Assembly: GCF_006345805.1 (NCBI RefSeq)
Contig: NC_043002.1
Span: 7,688,001-7,752,000, forward strand
DNA: 64,000 nucleotides
Origin: Octopus sinensis
Lineage: Eukaryota
Direction: 5' to 3'
In this document: positions 1-11,748 of the stretch, piece by piece
Position numbering within the stretch: position 1 is the stretch's first letter
How the letters are laid out: each line of letters opens with the position of its first letter
The notes under the pieces: generated by a model
What the model was told of the DNA's origin: nothing
Seen by the model: only the letters and a program-made list of their open reading frames with translations
Database searches by the model: none
Program-made: the position numbers and the translations under genes

Positions 1-40
1 ATAAACGGGAATGTATAAGCGCATATCTGTACAAATGTGT

Positions 41-350
41 GGAAGCACATGGCCTAGTGGTTAGAGCAGCAGACTCACGGTCGGGGGATCGCGGGTTTGA
101 ATCTCAGACCGGGCGATGTGTGTGTTTATAAGCGAAACACCTAAGCTCCACGCGGCTCCGGCAGAAGGTAATGGTGAACTTCTGCTGACTCTTTCGCCAC
201 AACATTCTCTCACTCACTCCTCCTGCATCTTGCAGCTCACCTGCGACGGACCGGCGTCCCGTCCAGGTTGGGAACCTATACGCCAAGGAAACCGGGAAAC
301 CGGCCCTTATGAGACAGGCATGATTCGAGAAGGAACAAGAAGTACAAATG
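41..350 (+). mobile_element. tRNA-derived SINE, family A (tail type 1)
   Basis: Head GGAAGCACATGGCCTAGTGGTTAGAGC (A-box-like) ... GGTTTGAATCTC (B-box-like). Body AAACACCTAAGCTCCAC is shared with 988, 16818, 37134, 52228 and 58904. Confidence 0.8.
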
Positions 351-987
351 TGGCAATAAAAGGAGAGAGAAGAGAGAGAGAGAGAGAGGTGGAGAGTTAT
401 GTATCTAAAATATGTCATCTAACATATTATTTTTAAACGTTAGTGGTTTGACTGCTATTTTGGCAGATCAATCACATAGTTTCTTTCATTTGGTCCATAC
501 TGGATAGAGCTTTTATAACAGATTTCTTTATCAAATAGCGGTAGGTCTTAAATACGTTAATTGCATGCAATCAAAAAAGAAAGTATCTTTGTATTTCACT
601 GCTAAGGAAGGAATTATTCCATAATGAATGAAAAGGGAATCGCTGAAAGTTGCGTTGTGCAGCAGGGCCAACCATTGTGGTAATTGATGAAAGAATTTAG
701 GGAGATTACGTGTGTGTGCGCGTGTGTGTGTAAACATACATAAGCAGACGGGCACACACACACACAAGGACACCCATAAACACGTCTGGGTTTACCAGCC
801 GTAGGGAGAAAAGCTACGCAACAGGTCTGGTAAATCTGAGTCCTTCATTCGAACCTGCGACACCAGAATGTCTGGGTTTGCATTTTCCGTTTTCTACAGT
901 TGATTTGAAGATGAATGGTGGAAACATGGAGGAGCATCAGCAAGTAGGTTCGGCTTCGGGGAAATACAGGCATATATGCATATGTGT

Positions 988-1294
988 GGAGGCGCAATGG
1001 CCCAGTGGTTAGGGCAAGCGGACTCGCAGACGTAGGATCGCGGTTTCGATTCCCAGACCAGGCGTAGTGAGTGTTTATCGAGCGAAAACACCTAAAGCTC
1101 CACGAGGCTCCAGCAGGATGGTGGTGAACCCTGCTGTACTCTTTCGCCGCAACTTTCACTCTTTTTTCTGTTGGCCTGTTCACTTAGCCAGCGGGGTGGT
1201 GTCATTTGAAGGCTAAAACAATGCGAAGCGCATTGTGACCAGCGATGTGCAGCAACATCTGATAGCCTGGTCGGGTACGGTGATCACGGTGATA
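988..1294 (+). mobile_element. tRNA-derived SINE, family A (tail type 2, ending CACGGTGAT)
   Basis: GGAGGCGCAATGGCCCAGTGGTTAGGG head plus shared body. The tail matches the reverse-strand fragment at 29932-30053. Confidence 0.85.
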
Positions 1295-1463
1295 TGCATA
1301 TGTATGTTTGTATATATGTATGTATGTATGTATTTATGTATGTATTCTTGACGTAAAGACAGCCTTCGAATTTTTCTATCCAAAAGAGTTTTCCATGACA
1401 ATATTTATGCGCTATTATAGCTTTATTTGATGTGCCTCGAGAGCCAAGGTTCGAAAAAGGAAT

Positions 1464-1590
1464 TGTGTGTGTGTGTGTGTGTGTGTCTGTGTCTGTGTGT
1501 CTGTGTGTGTGTGAGTGAGTGTATGTACGTATGTATGTATCTAAGTATTTAAGTGTTTATATACATGCACACATGCATAGATGACTAGGG

Positions 1591-1665
<75 letters not shown>

Positions 1666-2043
1666 GATAGATAGATAGATAGATAGACAGACAGAGACAG
1701 ACAGACAGACAGACAGATGGATGGACGGACAGACAGGGAGGCAGGTAGGCAGGCAGGGAGGCAGGTAGGCAGGCAGGTAGACAGACAGATAACAAAGTTG
1801 GCTCTATCAGGATATTTTGGCCACAGACAGTCCTTTCGAATACGAGTACTAAAAGAAGTTTTGTTAAGAGATTATCAGGGAGTCACTGTAAGAGAGACAA
1901 AGAAAGAAAGAAAGAAAGAAAGACAGACAGACAGACAGACAGACAGGCTGACAGACAGGCTGACAGGCTGACAGACAGACAGGCTGACAGACAGAAGGAG
2001 GATGAGTTTCACAATCCGCCTACAAACACGCTTTGACATTTGC

Positions 2044-2107
<64 letters not shown>

Positions 2108-2108
2108 A
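1464..2108. repeat. Compound microsatellite block (TG, GATA, GACA, GGCA, GAAA, TA)
   Basis: Directly visible tandem 2-4-mers. Confidence 0.95.
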
Positions 2109-3133
2109 TTGACGCTGTCTCCGGTGAGTCTCTCAACTTTTAATTTACAGTCCAACGTTAACTGTGGCCTTGCATATACATGCTTTTGTGGAAAGATGTA
2201 CGTATGTGTGTGTGTGTATGTGCGTATGTGAGTATGCATGTATATACGAATAAATATGCATACACACACAAACACAAACACTGACACACACACTCTTATA
2301 TGAATGTGTATACACATACAATGAGAGAAAGTGATGTACACACGTAAATACACGCAAGCACACACATACAACCATGTCCACACACTCTTTTCTGTATTGT
2401 TTTGATGTGTGCTTGTAATCACGCGTCCGTGTGCCTGTGTACCTATGAGCATATGTATACACTTGTTAATGAGAGTCACTGGGCAGGTATCGTTCATGCT
2501 CTGATAGCAATGTTACTACAGATAGACCGAACTTCTAGAGTTATTACGCTTTTAAGATGATATCAGATACAGTAAATTGACATGAAGATTAACTAGATGG
2601 AATTTCTAATCTGACTCCCTTCCTTTAGCACCACAATTTACTAACAGCATAATTTGATTTGGGATAAAAGGAAGGGAAGGTGGAATGGTGTGAAAAGCCT
2701 GTGTCCCCTTTCTGAATTGAGATCGGTGCTTTGATGAGCAATTTATTGGAAAACTCATCTGCGTATTAGTCAAGTGCTTTCCTACCTACGATAATAAAAG
2801 AACTCCCTCAGGACTACAGAATACCGGGATTGGAGAGGATGTTGTTTGTGCTATCATTTAGCGATGAAATTAGATGTATATACCGCAATTAGACAATAAA
2901 ATGTAACCGAAATAGATAAAACGAATTCTGTATGGAAAGTAAAATAATAAAAAAAAATAGTTAATAACAATAATTCTAACATAGGCCAGAAATATTTAAG
3001 AGGTGAAAAGTTGATTATATCGACCCCAGTATTTGACTAGTGCTAACGATTCGAAGGAAATTTGGTTGCAGTCACTTTAACAATCACCTACATAAAATGT
3101 TGCTTATATTTAGTAATTTGAGCAAGTACTCAC

Positions 3134-3300
3134 AGAGTATCGAATAGAGTCTTCCCAGCAGTAATCGAAGGTTTTCTCGTAGATCTTCTCTACCTGATTC
3201 CCAAATGAGTCTCTACTGGCTACGTACAACTCCACCTTAGCAGTTAAACGTTCAAGCTCATCCAATAGTCTTAAGAAAGAACACGTTGGATAATATAACC
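3134..3300 (-). CDS. Candidate internal coding exon of an unidentified gene (GLYYPTCSFLRLLDELERLTAKVELYVASRDSFGNQVEKIYEKTFDYCWEDSIRYS)
   Basis: On the minus strand: GTGTGTTTAG| acceptor and TCT|GTGAGT donor. 167 nt = 2 + 55 open codons, non-repetitive and protein-like in composition. No family recognised. Confidence 0.5.
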
Positions 3301-3609
3301 CTAAACACACTATGCTCGAAAAGTAGACGTGGTGGCCACGGTTTGAACGATTTTAAACATAGAAATGCTGAGTCAGGAATGATCTTGGACTAAAAAAAAA
3401 TCCCATTTCCTACAAAATTATCTAAATAAGCTTTTGAATTTTAGTTGCTGACCGCTACATTGATGAGTGGAGAGGATTTTCCCTTTCTAAGTTAGACAAC
3501 GCAGATTACTGACCAAGTATACAAAGATATTAACATCTACTTCAAAATTTGCTCTGGGATGTAATACAGGGTTTTATGATTAACAGGTTGCTGTTGTTGT
3601 GTAACCTCA

Positions 3610-4360
3610 GGTCACTACTTGAACAATATTGACCAGAGGTATGATCAAACAGACCTATGTTCATGATGCACCATCTTGTTTTTTTTTTCTTTTTTCATTT
3701 CTTTCAAATTGTTGTGACTACCCTTCTGGCTATCTTTATTTTGTTACGTTTATATATTTGTTTTGCAAGATTTTTGATGTGAAATCGTTAGTTGAAACAG
3801 ATATTGTTGCATTTAGGAATGGTCATTTTGCCAGTTTAGCCAATAAGATTAAGATTAATGTAAAAAATGAATAATGCTGAAGCAAAGTAACACCAAATAT
3901 ATAATGCGTGTGTTTTTATTGGCTAAACTGGCAAAATGACCATTCCTAAATACAACAATATTTTTATTTTGTTGTTTTTCAAAACTACTCTACATAATAT
4001 GTCGTTATTTATCTATGGCAATACGATGCAGGATGCTAGACAGACTTGCGGATAGTTTTCGCAAACAGGGACAATATGGAAGCTTTCCTCATTAGATCTC
4101 AAAACATTGGGCTATATTAGAAATTAAATGCTACGAAAGACTGCTACTAGCTGACGAGACATTCACAATGTCCCAGAGACATCGGTCACTGAATGAATCA
4201 CCAACTCAAGACCATCCTTAAAACCAGTCTTGAGCAATTTGTTGCAAAAGAAGACCTCACAAAAGAATGGCTGCAATGTTAATTTCAACTCCACACCCAA
4301 GTACTAAGGTAGCATAGAAAAATATATTATCGCGAAGAATGTTGTGTCCCACGCACATAG
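3610..4360. repeat. Old paralogous block, copy 1 (degenerate repeat); copy 2 at ~5845-6720
   Basis: Collinear similarity, e.g. CATTAGATCTCA...TTAGAAATT.AATGCTAC...GAAGACCTCACAAAAG...AAGTACTAAGGTAGCAT in both blocks. Confidence 0.75.
3801..3961. mobile_element. MITE-like element with ~46-bp terminal inverted repeats
   Basis: ATATTGTTGCATTTAGGAATGGTCATTTTGCCAGTTTAGCCAATAA at the left is mirrored by TTATTGGCTAAACTGGCAAAATGACCATTCCTAAATACAACAATAT at the right. Confidence 0.75.
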
Positions 4361-4750
4361 CAATACAATCATTATCCAAGCTTCCATGCACTCGAGACCC
4401 GAGTGGTTCGCAAACTGAGACATGAGCAAAATTTGTTTCCTTTTAAAAAACCAGTTCCCATTGTTGGAATTTACTGACTTCACTTACAGAAATGCGGTGA
4501 TATTGTGATACTGCTTTCAAGGTTTTAGTCGATAGTTTCTAACCCAGTAAGTATGGACACGCACGTGTTTATATTTATGTGTTCGTTTATTAAAAATCTA
4601 ATTTGTATAGGAGTGTAGATAAAACTCTGTGATGTAGTCATCTTGTATATTTATCACACCGAGCTAAAATGTATGTTTATTAAAAACGGTTAATTATAAT
4701 TTACGTACCAGTTTTTCCTAAATAAATACACAAAAAGAAGCACCGATCAT

Positions 4751-4968
4751 TATTAGTTTTAAATTTTGCCACAAAACCAGCAGTTTCAGAGAAGCGGGTA
4801 AGTCGATTACATTTGACCCCAGTGCTCAGCTGGTTGGTACTTATTTTACCGATTCTGAAAGGACAAAAGGCAAAGTTGACCCCGATGGAATTCGAATTCA
4901 GAACATAAAGACGGACGAAATGCCATTAAGCACTTTGTCCGGTGTGGTAACAATTCTACCAGCTCGCC
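4751..4968 (-). mobile_element. SINE family B (alternative tail)
   Basis: Reverse complement of GGCGAGCTGGTAGAA...GTTCTGAATTCGAATTCC...CTTTGCCTTTTGTCC...AAGTACC...ATCGACTT. Confidence 0.75.
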
Positions 4969-5508
4969 ATTTTTTTTTTGCCTGCAACGTGTAATGAAGT
5001 GTTTTGTTCAAGAACAAAACGCATGGACCAGTCCAAGAATGGAAACTACAATCTTACAAACCTGAGTGCAACACCCTAACCACAAAGCCACGCAGCTCCA
5101 TGTGTATACACATGCATATATATACCAATATATATATACGCACATATGTCTATAATAGATATAGATATAATTATATATATATATATAATTATATATATAT
5201 ATATTATATACATATATATATTTTATATACATATAACCTTCGAAACACGGAGTAGACGAAGCAGGGGCGGCTGAAGAAAGGGAATTGTCATTGTGTTGTA
5301 TGTCTTCTACTCTGCTTTTTCGTTGTTTAAAAAAATGTCCGTTCCCATGGTTTTGTTTTTATGTTTTCGTTTCTCATTGTGTTCTATTTTTTTTTTTTTT
5401 GGTGACCTGTACCCATATATGCATGTATATAAACATATAGATGTAGGTACGTACATGTATGTATGTATGTATGTATATATGCATATGTTTTATTTATTAT
5501 TTTGTTAG

Positions 5509-5540
<32 letters not shown>

Positions 5541-5844
5541 ATATTAGATCGAGTATTATATATATGTGAAGATAGAAAGAGAGAGAAAAAAGGGGCAAAG
5601 AGAAAGACAGACAGACATTTTGACGTAATATTGTATGCTAACCATTTATCGTAACTCAACACAACATTGTCAAGTTGCAGAGCAAGTTTTGTATGAGTCA
5701 TATGACGAACCAGTGACAAGATACTTGTACGACGATAGTATTAAACGAAGAAATAACATCATTGATATCAAAATGGTGGTGTCCCTTTTCTGTAAAACTA
5801 ATTTCCTTTCTCTAGTTAGTAAAACTATGTTAATTATAGTTGAT

Positions 5845-6720
5845 ATTTGAGCCTACTCTTGATCTGATCTTATCGAATAGACCTCTGCTCAATGATGCTC
5901 CACCTTACTTTTTCTGTTTTTCAAAATGTTGTGACCAACCTTCTTACTTTGTTTTTTGTTTTGTTCGTTTTTTCCTTCAAACATGCTAGATCTAATGTGC
6001 CATTCCGTCATTCCTTATCTATGACAGTAGGGTGCGCGATGTTAGATAGACTTGCGAAAAGTTTTCGTCAACTGAGGAGCCACGAGGAAGCTGTCTTCAT
6101 TAGATCTCAGAAACTCTGGTCGATATTAGAAATTGAATGCTACATAAGGCTACTACTACAAGGCAATACATTCGGAATGTCCTAGAGACACCGGTCACTC
6201 AATGAATCGCCAAGTCACGACCATCCTTAAAATCATAGTCTTGAGTATTTTGTCGTGTCTGAGGAGAGTCATTTTCTTTTTGTGCCTTATTATGTAACAC
6301 ACTCACCGGTAAAATTTCCACTTTTTCCTTATTTTATTGTCCTAAACTTTTCGTTGCGTCTTGCAACCTTTTCAATAGTTTTGACTCTAAAGGTTGCAAG
6401 ACGCAACGACAATTTTAGGACAATAAAAATAAGAAAAAAGTGGAAATTTTACCGGTGAGTGTGTTACATAATAAGGCACAAAAAGAAAATGACTCTCCCC
6501 AGACACAATAGAATATGCTTCAACACACGAACTCATATAAAGAATCTTGCAAACCAAATCCAAAAACGAAATTGTCTTGAGTAATTTGATGTAAAAGAAG
6601 ACCTCACAAAAGTTGCATATACAAAAGACTGGCTGCAATGCTAATTTCAACTACACACTCAAGTACTAAGGTAGCATGGAAAAATAAATCATTGCAAAGG
6701 ATGTTGTGTCCCATGTACAG
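5845..6720. repeat. Old paralogous block, copy 2, interrupted by the palindromic insertion 6248-6573
   Basis: Alignable to 3610-4360 on both sides of the insertion. Confidence 0.7.
6248..6573. mobile_element. Palindromic non-autonomous element (~120-bp arms plus ~65-bp unique tail), 10-bp TSD
   Basis: Near-perfect inverted repeat centred at ~6380. GTCTTGAGTA is duplicated at 6238-6247 and 6574-6583, and the empty site is visible at ~4227. Second copy at 47646-47982. Confidence 0.85.
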
Positions 6721-7268
6721 GTCAATTCAATTATTATTCCGTACTTTATTTGACCAATGTGTCGTTCACTTTTGCTTTTTGTTTTGTTTTGTTTTTAACT
6801 TGATTGGATATTTTGGGTGGAGATATGTTTGCTATTTCTATCACATCGATTGACGTCTTTGAAGCTTCTCATCGTTAGCTCTTTTCCTCCCACGACTGGG
6901 TCGATATGTTCCTTTCGTTCTGCGTATGAGTTCATCGCTTTTTCCATATATTGGAGTGTTATTTGGGATTGTATACTATACCATTAATAAATGATCAGTA
7001 AATATTAATTTAAGTGAAGGAAAAGGGAAAAATTATTGAACATCAGGCCAACCTGCTTGCGGTAATCTGTTAGGTCTGAGACAGAGTGAGACACAGAGAC
7101 AGACACAGACAGACAGACAGACAGACAGAAGTGTACGGAATTAGTATTCGTAACTTTGAATAAGATATACAGACATGGATTATAACGTTTCAGGTTCGGC
7201 CTTTCATCAAAATGTGTTTAAATACCGTTAACTCATGAGGTACCCATATGTGTGTGTTTGTGTACATA

Positions 7269-7362
<94 letters not shown>

Positions 7363-7375
7363 GTGTGTGTGTATG

Positions 7376-7682
7376 TTAAATGAAATGAGACAACGAAGCC
7401 AAGGCTGCATGGAATTTTCAGGACATTTATAAATAGAAAGTTAGTCTTACAGCTGTTTCTGTGATATTAGGGATATTCCTTCATCAGAGACGATGTGAGA
7501 TGGTTGAATAAAGGGAATTAATTGAGTTGAACTCTATAATTTTCCTCTGTTCAACCATCTCACAACATCTCTCATGAAATGATATCCCTAATATCCCAGA
7601 AATAGCTATATGACTAAATTTCTCTTTATAAATGTCCCTTAAATTCCACACAGCCTCGGTTTTGTTGTCTCGTTTTATTTAA
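7376..7682. mobile_element. Fold-back (~145-bp arms) Penelope-like pLTR-derived element with hammerhead motif
   Basis: Left arm TTAAATGAAATGAGACAAC... is mirrored by ...GTTGTCTCGTTTTATTTAA. Hammerhead core in the left arm (minus strand). Confidence 0.75.
7444..7491 (-). ncRNA. Minimal type I hammerhead ribozyme motif (stem II degenerate)
   Basis: GUCU-CUGAUGA-AGGAAUAUCCCUAAUAUCACA-GAAAC-AGCU-GUA-AGAC. Intact core, 4-bp stem I and palindromic loop III. Confidence 0.7.
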
Positions 7683-7825
7683 TATATACATGCTCATAAA
7701 AAATTCGCATTAGACTCCTCACTCGTATTATTATCGAACCAAGACTTTAACTACGGTCCTTTCATAACAATTACACAACGTTACCTGCACCCTGGGTCCT
7801 CTGGATACCAATACCTCTCATATCT

Positions 7826-7826
7826 A

Positions 7827-7865
<39 letters not shown>

Positions 7866-8021
7866 ATGTATGTATGTATGTATGTATGTATGTATGTATG
7901 TATGTATGTATGTATGTATGTATGAATGTATGTTTGTATGTATGTATGTAGTATGTATGTATGTATGTATGTATGAATGTATGTTTGTATGTATGTATGT
8001 ATGTATGTATATATATATATA
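7826..8021. repeat. (TCTG)n/(TATG)n/(TA)n microsatellite
   Basis: Directly visible. Confidence 0.95.
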
Positions 8022-8250
8022 TATGTAAAATAATATATGACAATTATTCGGTAGCCAAGATAAAACTCTGAGTTTCGGATGCCGAGGTGGAAATCCACTT
8101 CCACCTCAGCATCCGAAACTCAGAGTTTTATCTTGGCTACCGAATACTTGTCACATATTAATTTACAGATAAATTTCCTCTATTTACATAATATTGAGGT
8201 CTCCTTCTTTCTTCCGTTATCTTACCGTTTTTACCAATATATATATATAT
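8022..8250. mobile_element. Fold-back element (8022-8170) with unique tail; contains the 3' half of a hammerhead-like motif (CGAAAC-UCAGA-GUU)
   Basis: ATTCGGTAGCCAAGATAAAACTCTGAGTTTCGGATGC is mirrored by GCATCCGAAACTCAGAGTTTTATCTTGGCTACCGAAT. Confidence 0.7.
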
Positions 8251-8463
8251 ATATATAAATAGATGAGTGTATTTTTACCTTGTTAACAATTAATACGGAA
8301 AAAATAAATAAATAGTTACCAGGGCAGCAAAAATCTCACAAGTAAAGGTGTTGTAACTCCTTGTTTATAAAGGTAGAAACAATATTAATAGCGTTCTGTC
8401 TATCCCTATACAAATCCATCATTTTTTGCTAAAATGTCTTATTGACGAGTTTCGTTTTTTTCA

Positions 8464-8547
8464 CTTTCCTGAGGAGAAGATTGCATTGTTTATAGCATTT
8501 ATTCTTTTGAATAGTATCAGTGGAATTTTCGAAACATGTGTCGAAAG
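8464..8547 (+). ncRNA. Type I hammerhead ribozyme, canonical core, GUC cleavage triplet
   Basis: CUUUC-CUGAGGA-GAAGAU...AUUUUC-GAAAC-AUGU-GUC-GAAAG. Stem I 5 bp, stem II 6 bp (one G-U). Confidence 0.8.
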
Positions 8548-8587
8548 TAAAAATATTTGATTACACTTGCGTTAACTCCATTTTTTA

Positions 8588-8625
<38 letters not shown>

Positions 8626-8887
8626 GAACAACAGAAAATAGATTGAGCAATATATTTTATTACATTACACTACAATTGATTCGACGCAGATTAACATCTA
8701 TATACACACGTACATATACACATACATACATACAAAAGCTGGAAATAAGCGTTTCTATCTGAAGTTAATAATCAACTTTACGTAACGTGATAATGTCAGT
8801 AATCGCCGCCGCTGTCGCCGTCGTCGTCCTTGACGTCATAAAACAACGTTAGTAACATAAAGTTTCACCATTTTCCATCACAGTATT

Positions 8888-10055
<1,168 letters not shown>

Positions 10056-10683
10056 TTCTTTCTCTTGATAAACTACACCGAACTGTCAACAAAATGGAAT
10101 TCATCGCAGCAGAATTTTGAAAAATGGTGATATTAGATGCCAGCAAGAATTTGAGAAACATTGCCAATAGTGGATAACATTGCCAATCAGCACACTTGTT
10201 GCCTCGAAACACTCTGTATCAGTCTCCTCCTCTGCCCCCAACCCCGCCTCTCTCTCTTTCTCCCTCCCTCTCACTCTTTCTCTCTCTCTCTCACACGCAC
10301 ACCACTGTATGTCTATGCTTGTCCCATTCTCTTTCTCTCGTTCGGTTTTATTCTCCCCTTAAAATAACAAAGGGTAGCTGATGACAAACTTTCCCACATG
10401 CAAAACCAGTCACCTGTGACAGCTGAGCTGCAACGTATGCCTATGAACAAACATTCTCACAAATGTATCCTGATAACTCTGTGTCTGCCTGCTTGTACAT
10501 GTGTGTGCTTGTCTGTCTGTATGCGTCAACATGTATGTGTGTGTGACTCCGTACACAAGTATCGCTCATAATTACATACACGCATCTAATTGTGTGTGCG
10601 AATCTCACTCACTCTCTCTCTCTCGCTCTCATTATTCTTGCATGTGTGTGTGAGTGTACACACACACACACACACATATATAT

Positions 10684-11049
10684 ACTCTTTACTCTTTTAC
10701 TCTTTTACTTGTTTCAGTCATTTGACTGCGGCCAGGCTGGAGCACTGCCTTTAGTCTTAATCTATCGGTTTCTCTTTTGCCAAACTGCAAAGTTACGGGG
10801 ACGTAAACACACCAGCATCGGTTGTCAAGCGATAAACACAGACACACAAACACACACACATACATATATAGATATATATATACATATATACGACGGGCTT
10901 CTTTCAGTTTCCGTCAACCAAATCCACTCACAATGTTTTGGTCGGTCCGAGGTTATAGTAGAAGACACTTGCCCAAGGTGCCACGCAGTGGGACTGATCC
11001 CTGAACCATGTGGTTGGTAAGCAAGCTACTTACCACACAGCCACTCCTG

Positions 11050-11051
<2 letters not shown>
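10684..11051 (-). mobile_element. tRNA-derived SINE, family C (CORE-like CCTTGGGCAAGT, internal TA/TG repeat, CR1-like tail)
   Basis: Reverse complement of GCAGGAGTGGCTGTGTGGTAAG...GGCACCTTGGGCAAGTGTCTTC...GCAGTGCTCCAGCCTGGCCGCAGTCAAATGACTGAAACAAGTAAAAGAG. Confidence 0.85.
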
Positions 11052-11089
<38 letters not shown>

Positions 11090-11150
11090 TTTATTTTATT
11101 TTTTTATATATATATAGGCGCAGGTGTGGCTGTGTGGTATATATATATAT

Positions 11151-11338
11151 GGTGAGAATTTACAAAATAACTTAAGACGAAGACGGGTGTAACAACAAAC
11201 AGATGTATTAGTTTAACGCTCGGGAAGTGTGAAGGTCTTTTACGTTTCGAGCCTACGCTCTTCGACAGAAAGGAACACAGAAATAAACAGGGAGAGAAAA
11301 TGAAAAAAGGTTTAGTGGCTTGCGATCTATCATGGCGA
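11151..11338 (-). mobile_element. Penelope-like pLTR-type short element with hammerhead-like motif (core CUGUCGA) at 11237-11272
   Basis: Homologous to 16234-16424 and 48768-48953. Motif CUUU-CUGUCGA-A-GAGC-GUAG-GCUC-GAAAC-GUA-AAAG. Confidence 0.7.
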
Positions 11339-11469
11339 ATGCTGATGTATTATATATGTATGTATGTACGTTTGTATGTATGTATGTATATATGTATGTA
11401 TGTATGTATGTATCCTAGGGTCTTTTTACCTAATATTATATATAGTTTTGCCTAAGGCGACCACCTGCA

Positions 11470-11620
11470 GAAATGTTCTGAATCCAATTTCCGCCGAGGT
11501 CGACTTTATCTTTCTTCCTTTCTAGCTCGACAAAATAAATACCAGTCGAGTACTGGGGGATGGCGATTGTAATCGACTAGTCACATCTCCAGAACCTGCT
11601 GGCCTTGTGCTATATTAGAA
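11470..11620 (+). mobile_element. Degenerate SINE family B
   Basis: TTCCGCCGAGGTCGACTTTATCTTTC...AAATACCAG...TAATCGACT. Confidence 0.65.
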
Positions 11621-11674
11621 AGGATCATTCATAGCTTTATCTACTTTGAGTTCCACTGATAATAAACGATTTAT

Positions 11675-11746
<72 letters not shown>

Positions 11747-11748
<2 letters not shown>

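Noticed and set aside
41-115. tRNA-like heads of SINEs A, B and C
   Set aside because: They carry A/B-box-like motifs but continue into SINE bodies and do not form convincing cloverleafs, so they are not called tRNA genes.
4140-4200. CTGACGA-GACATT...AATGTC..GAGAC-ATCG-GTC
   Set aside because: GAAA reads GAGA in both paralogs and stem I is mismatched.
4490-4546. Plus-strand segment with good acceptor, branch point and donor
   Set aside because: Stops in all three frames; the minus-strand alternative is phase-incompatible with 3134-3300.
5236-5262. CGAAAC-ACGGA-GTA-GAC next to (TA)n
   Set aside because: Only a 3' half is present; possibly a truncated pLTR remnant, but unsupported alone.
10372-10425. 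CTGATGA followed by CAAAAC..GTC
   Set aside because: GAAA is replaced, and no stem I or II pairing is seen; chance match.
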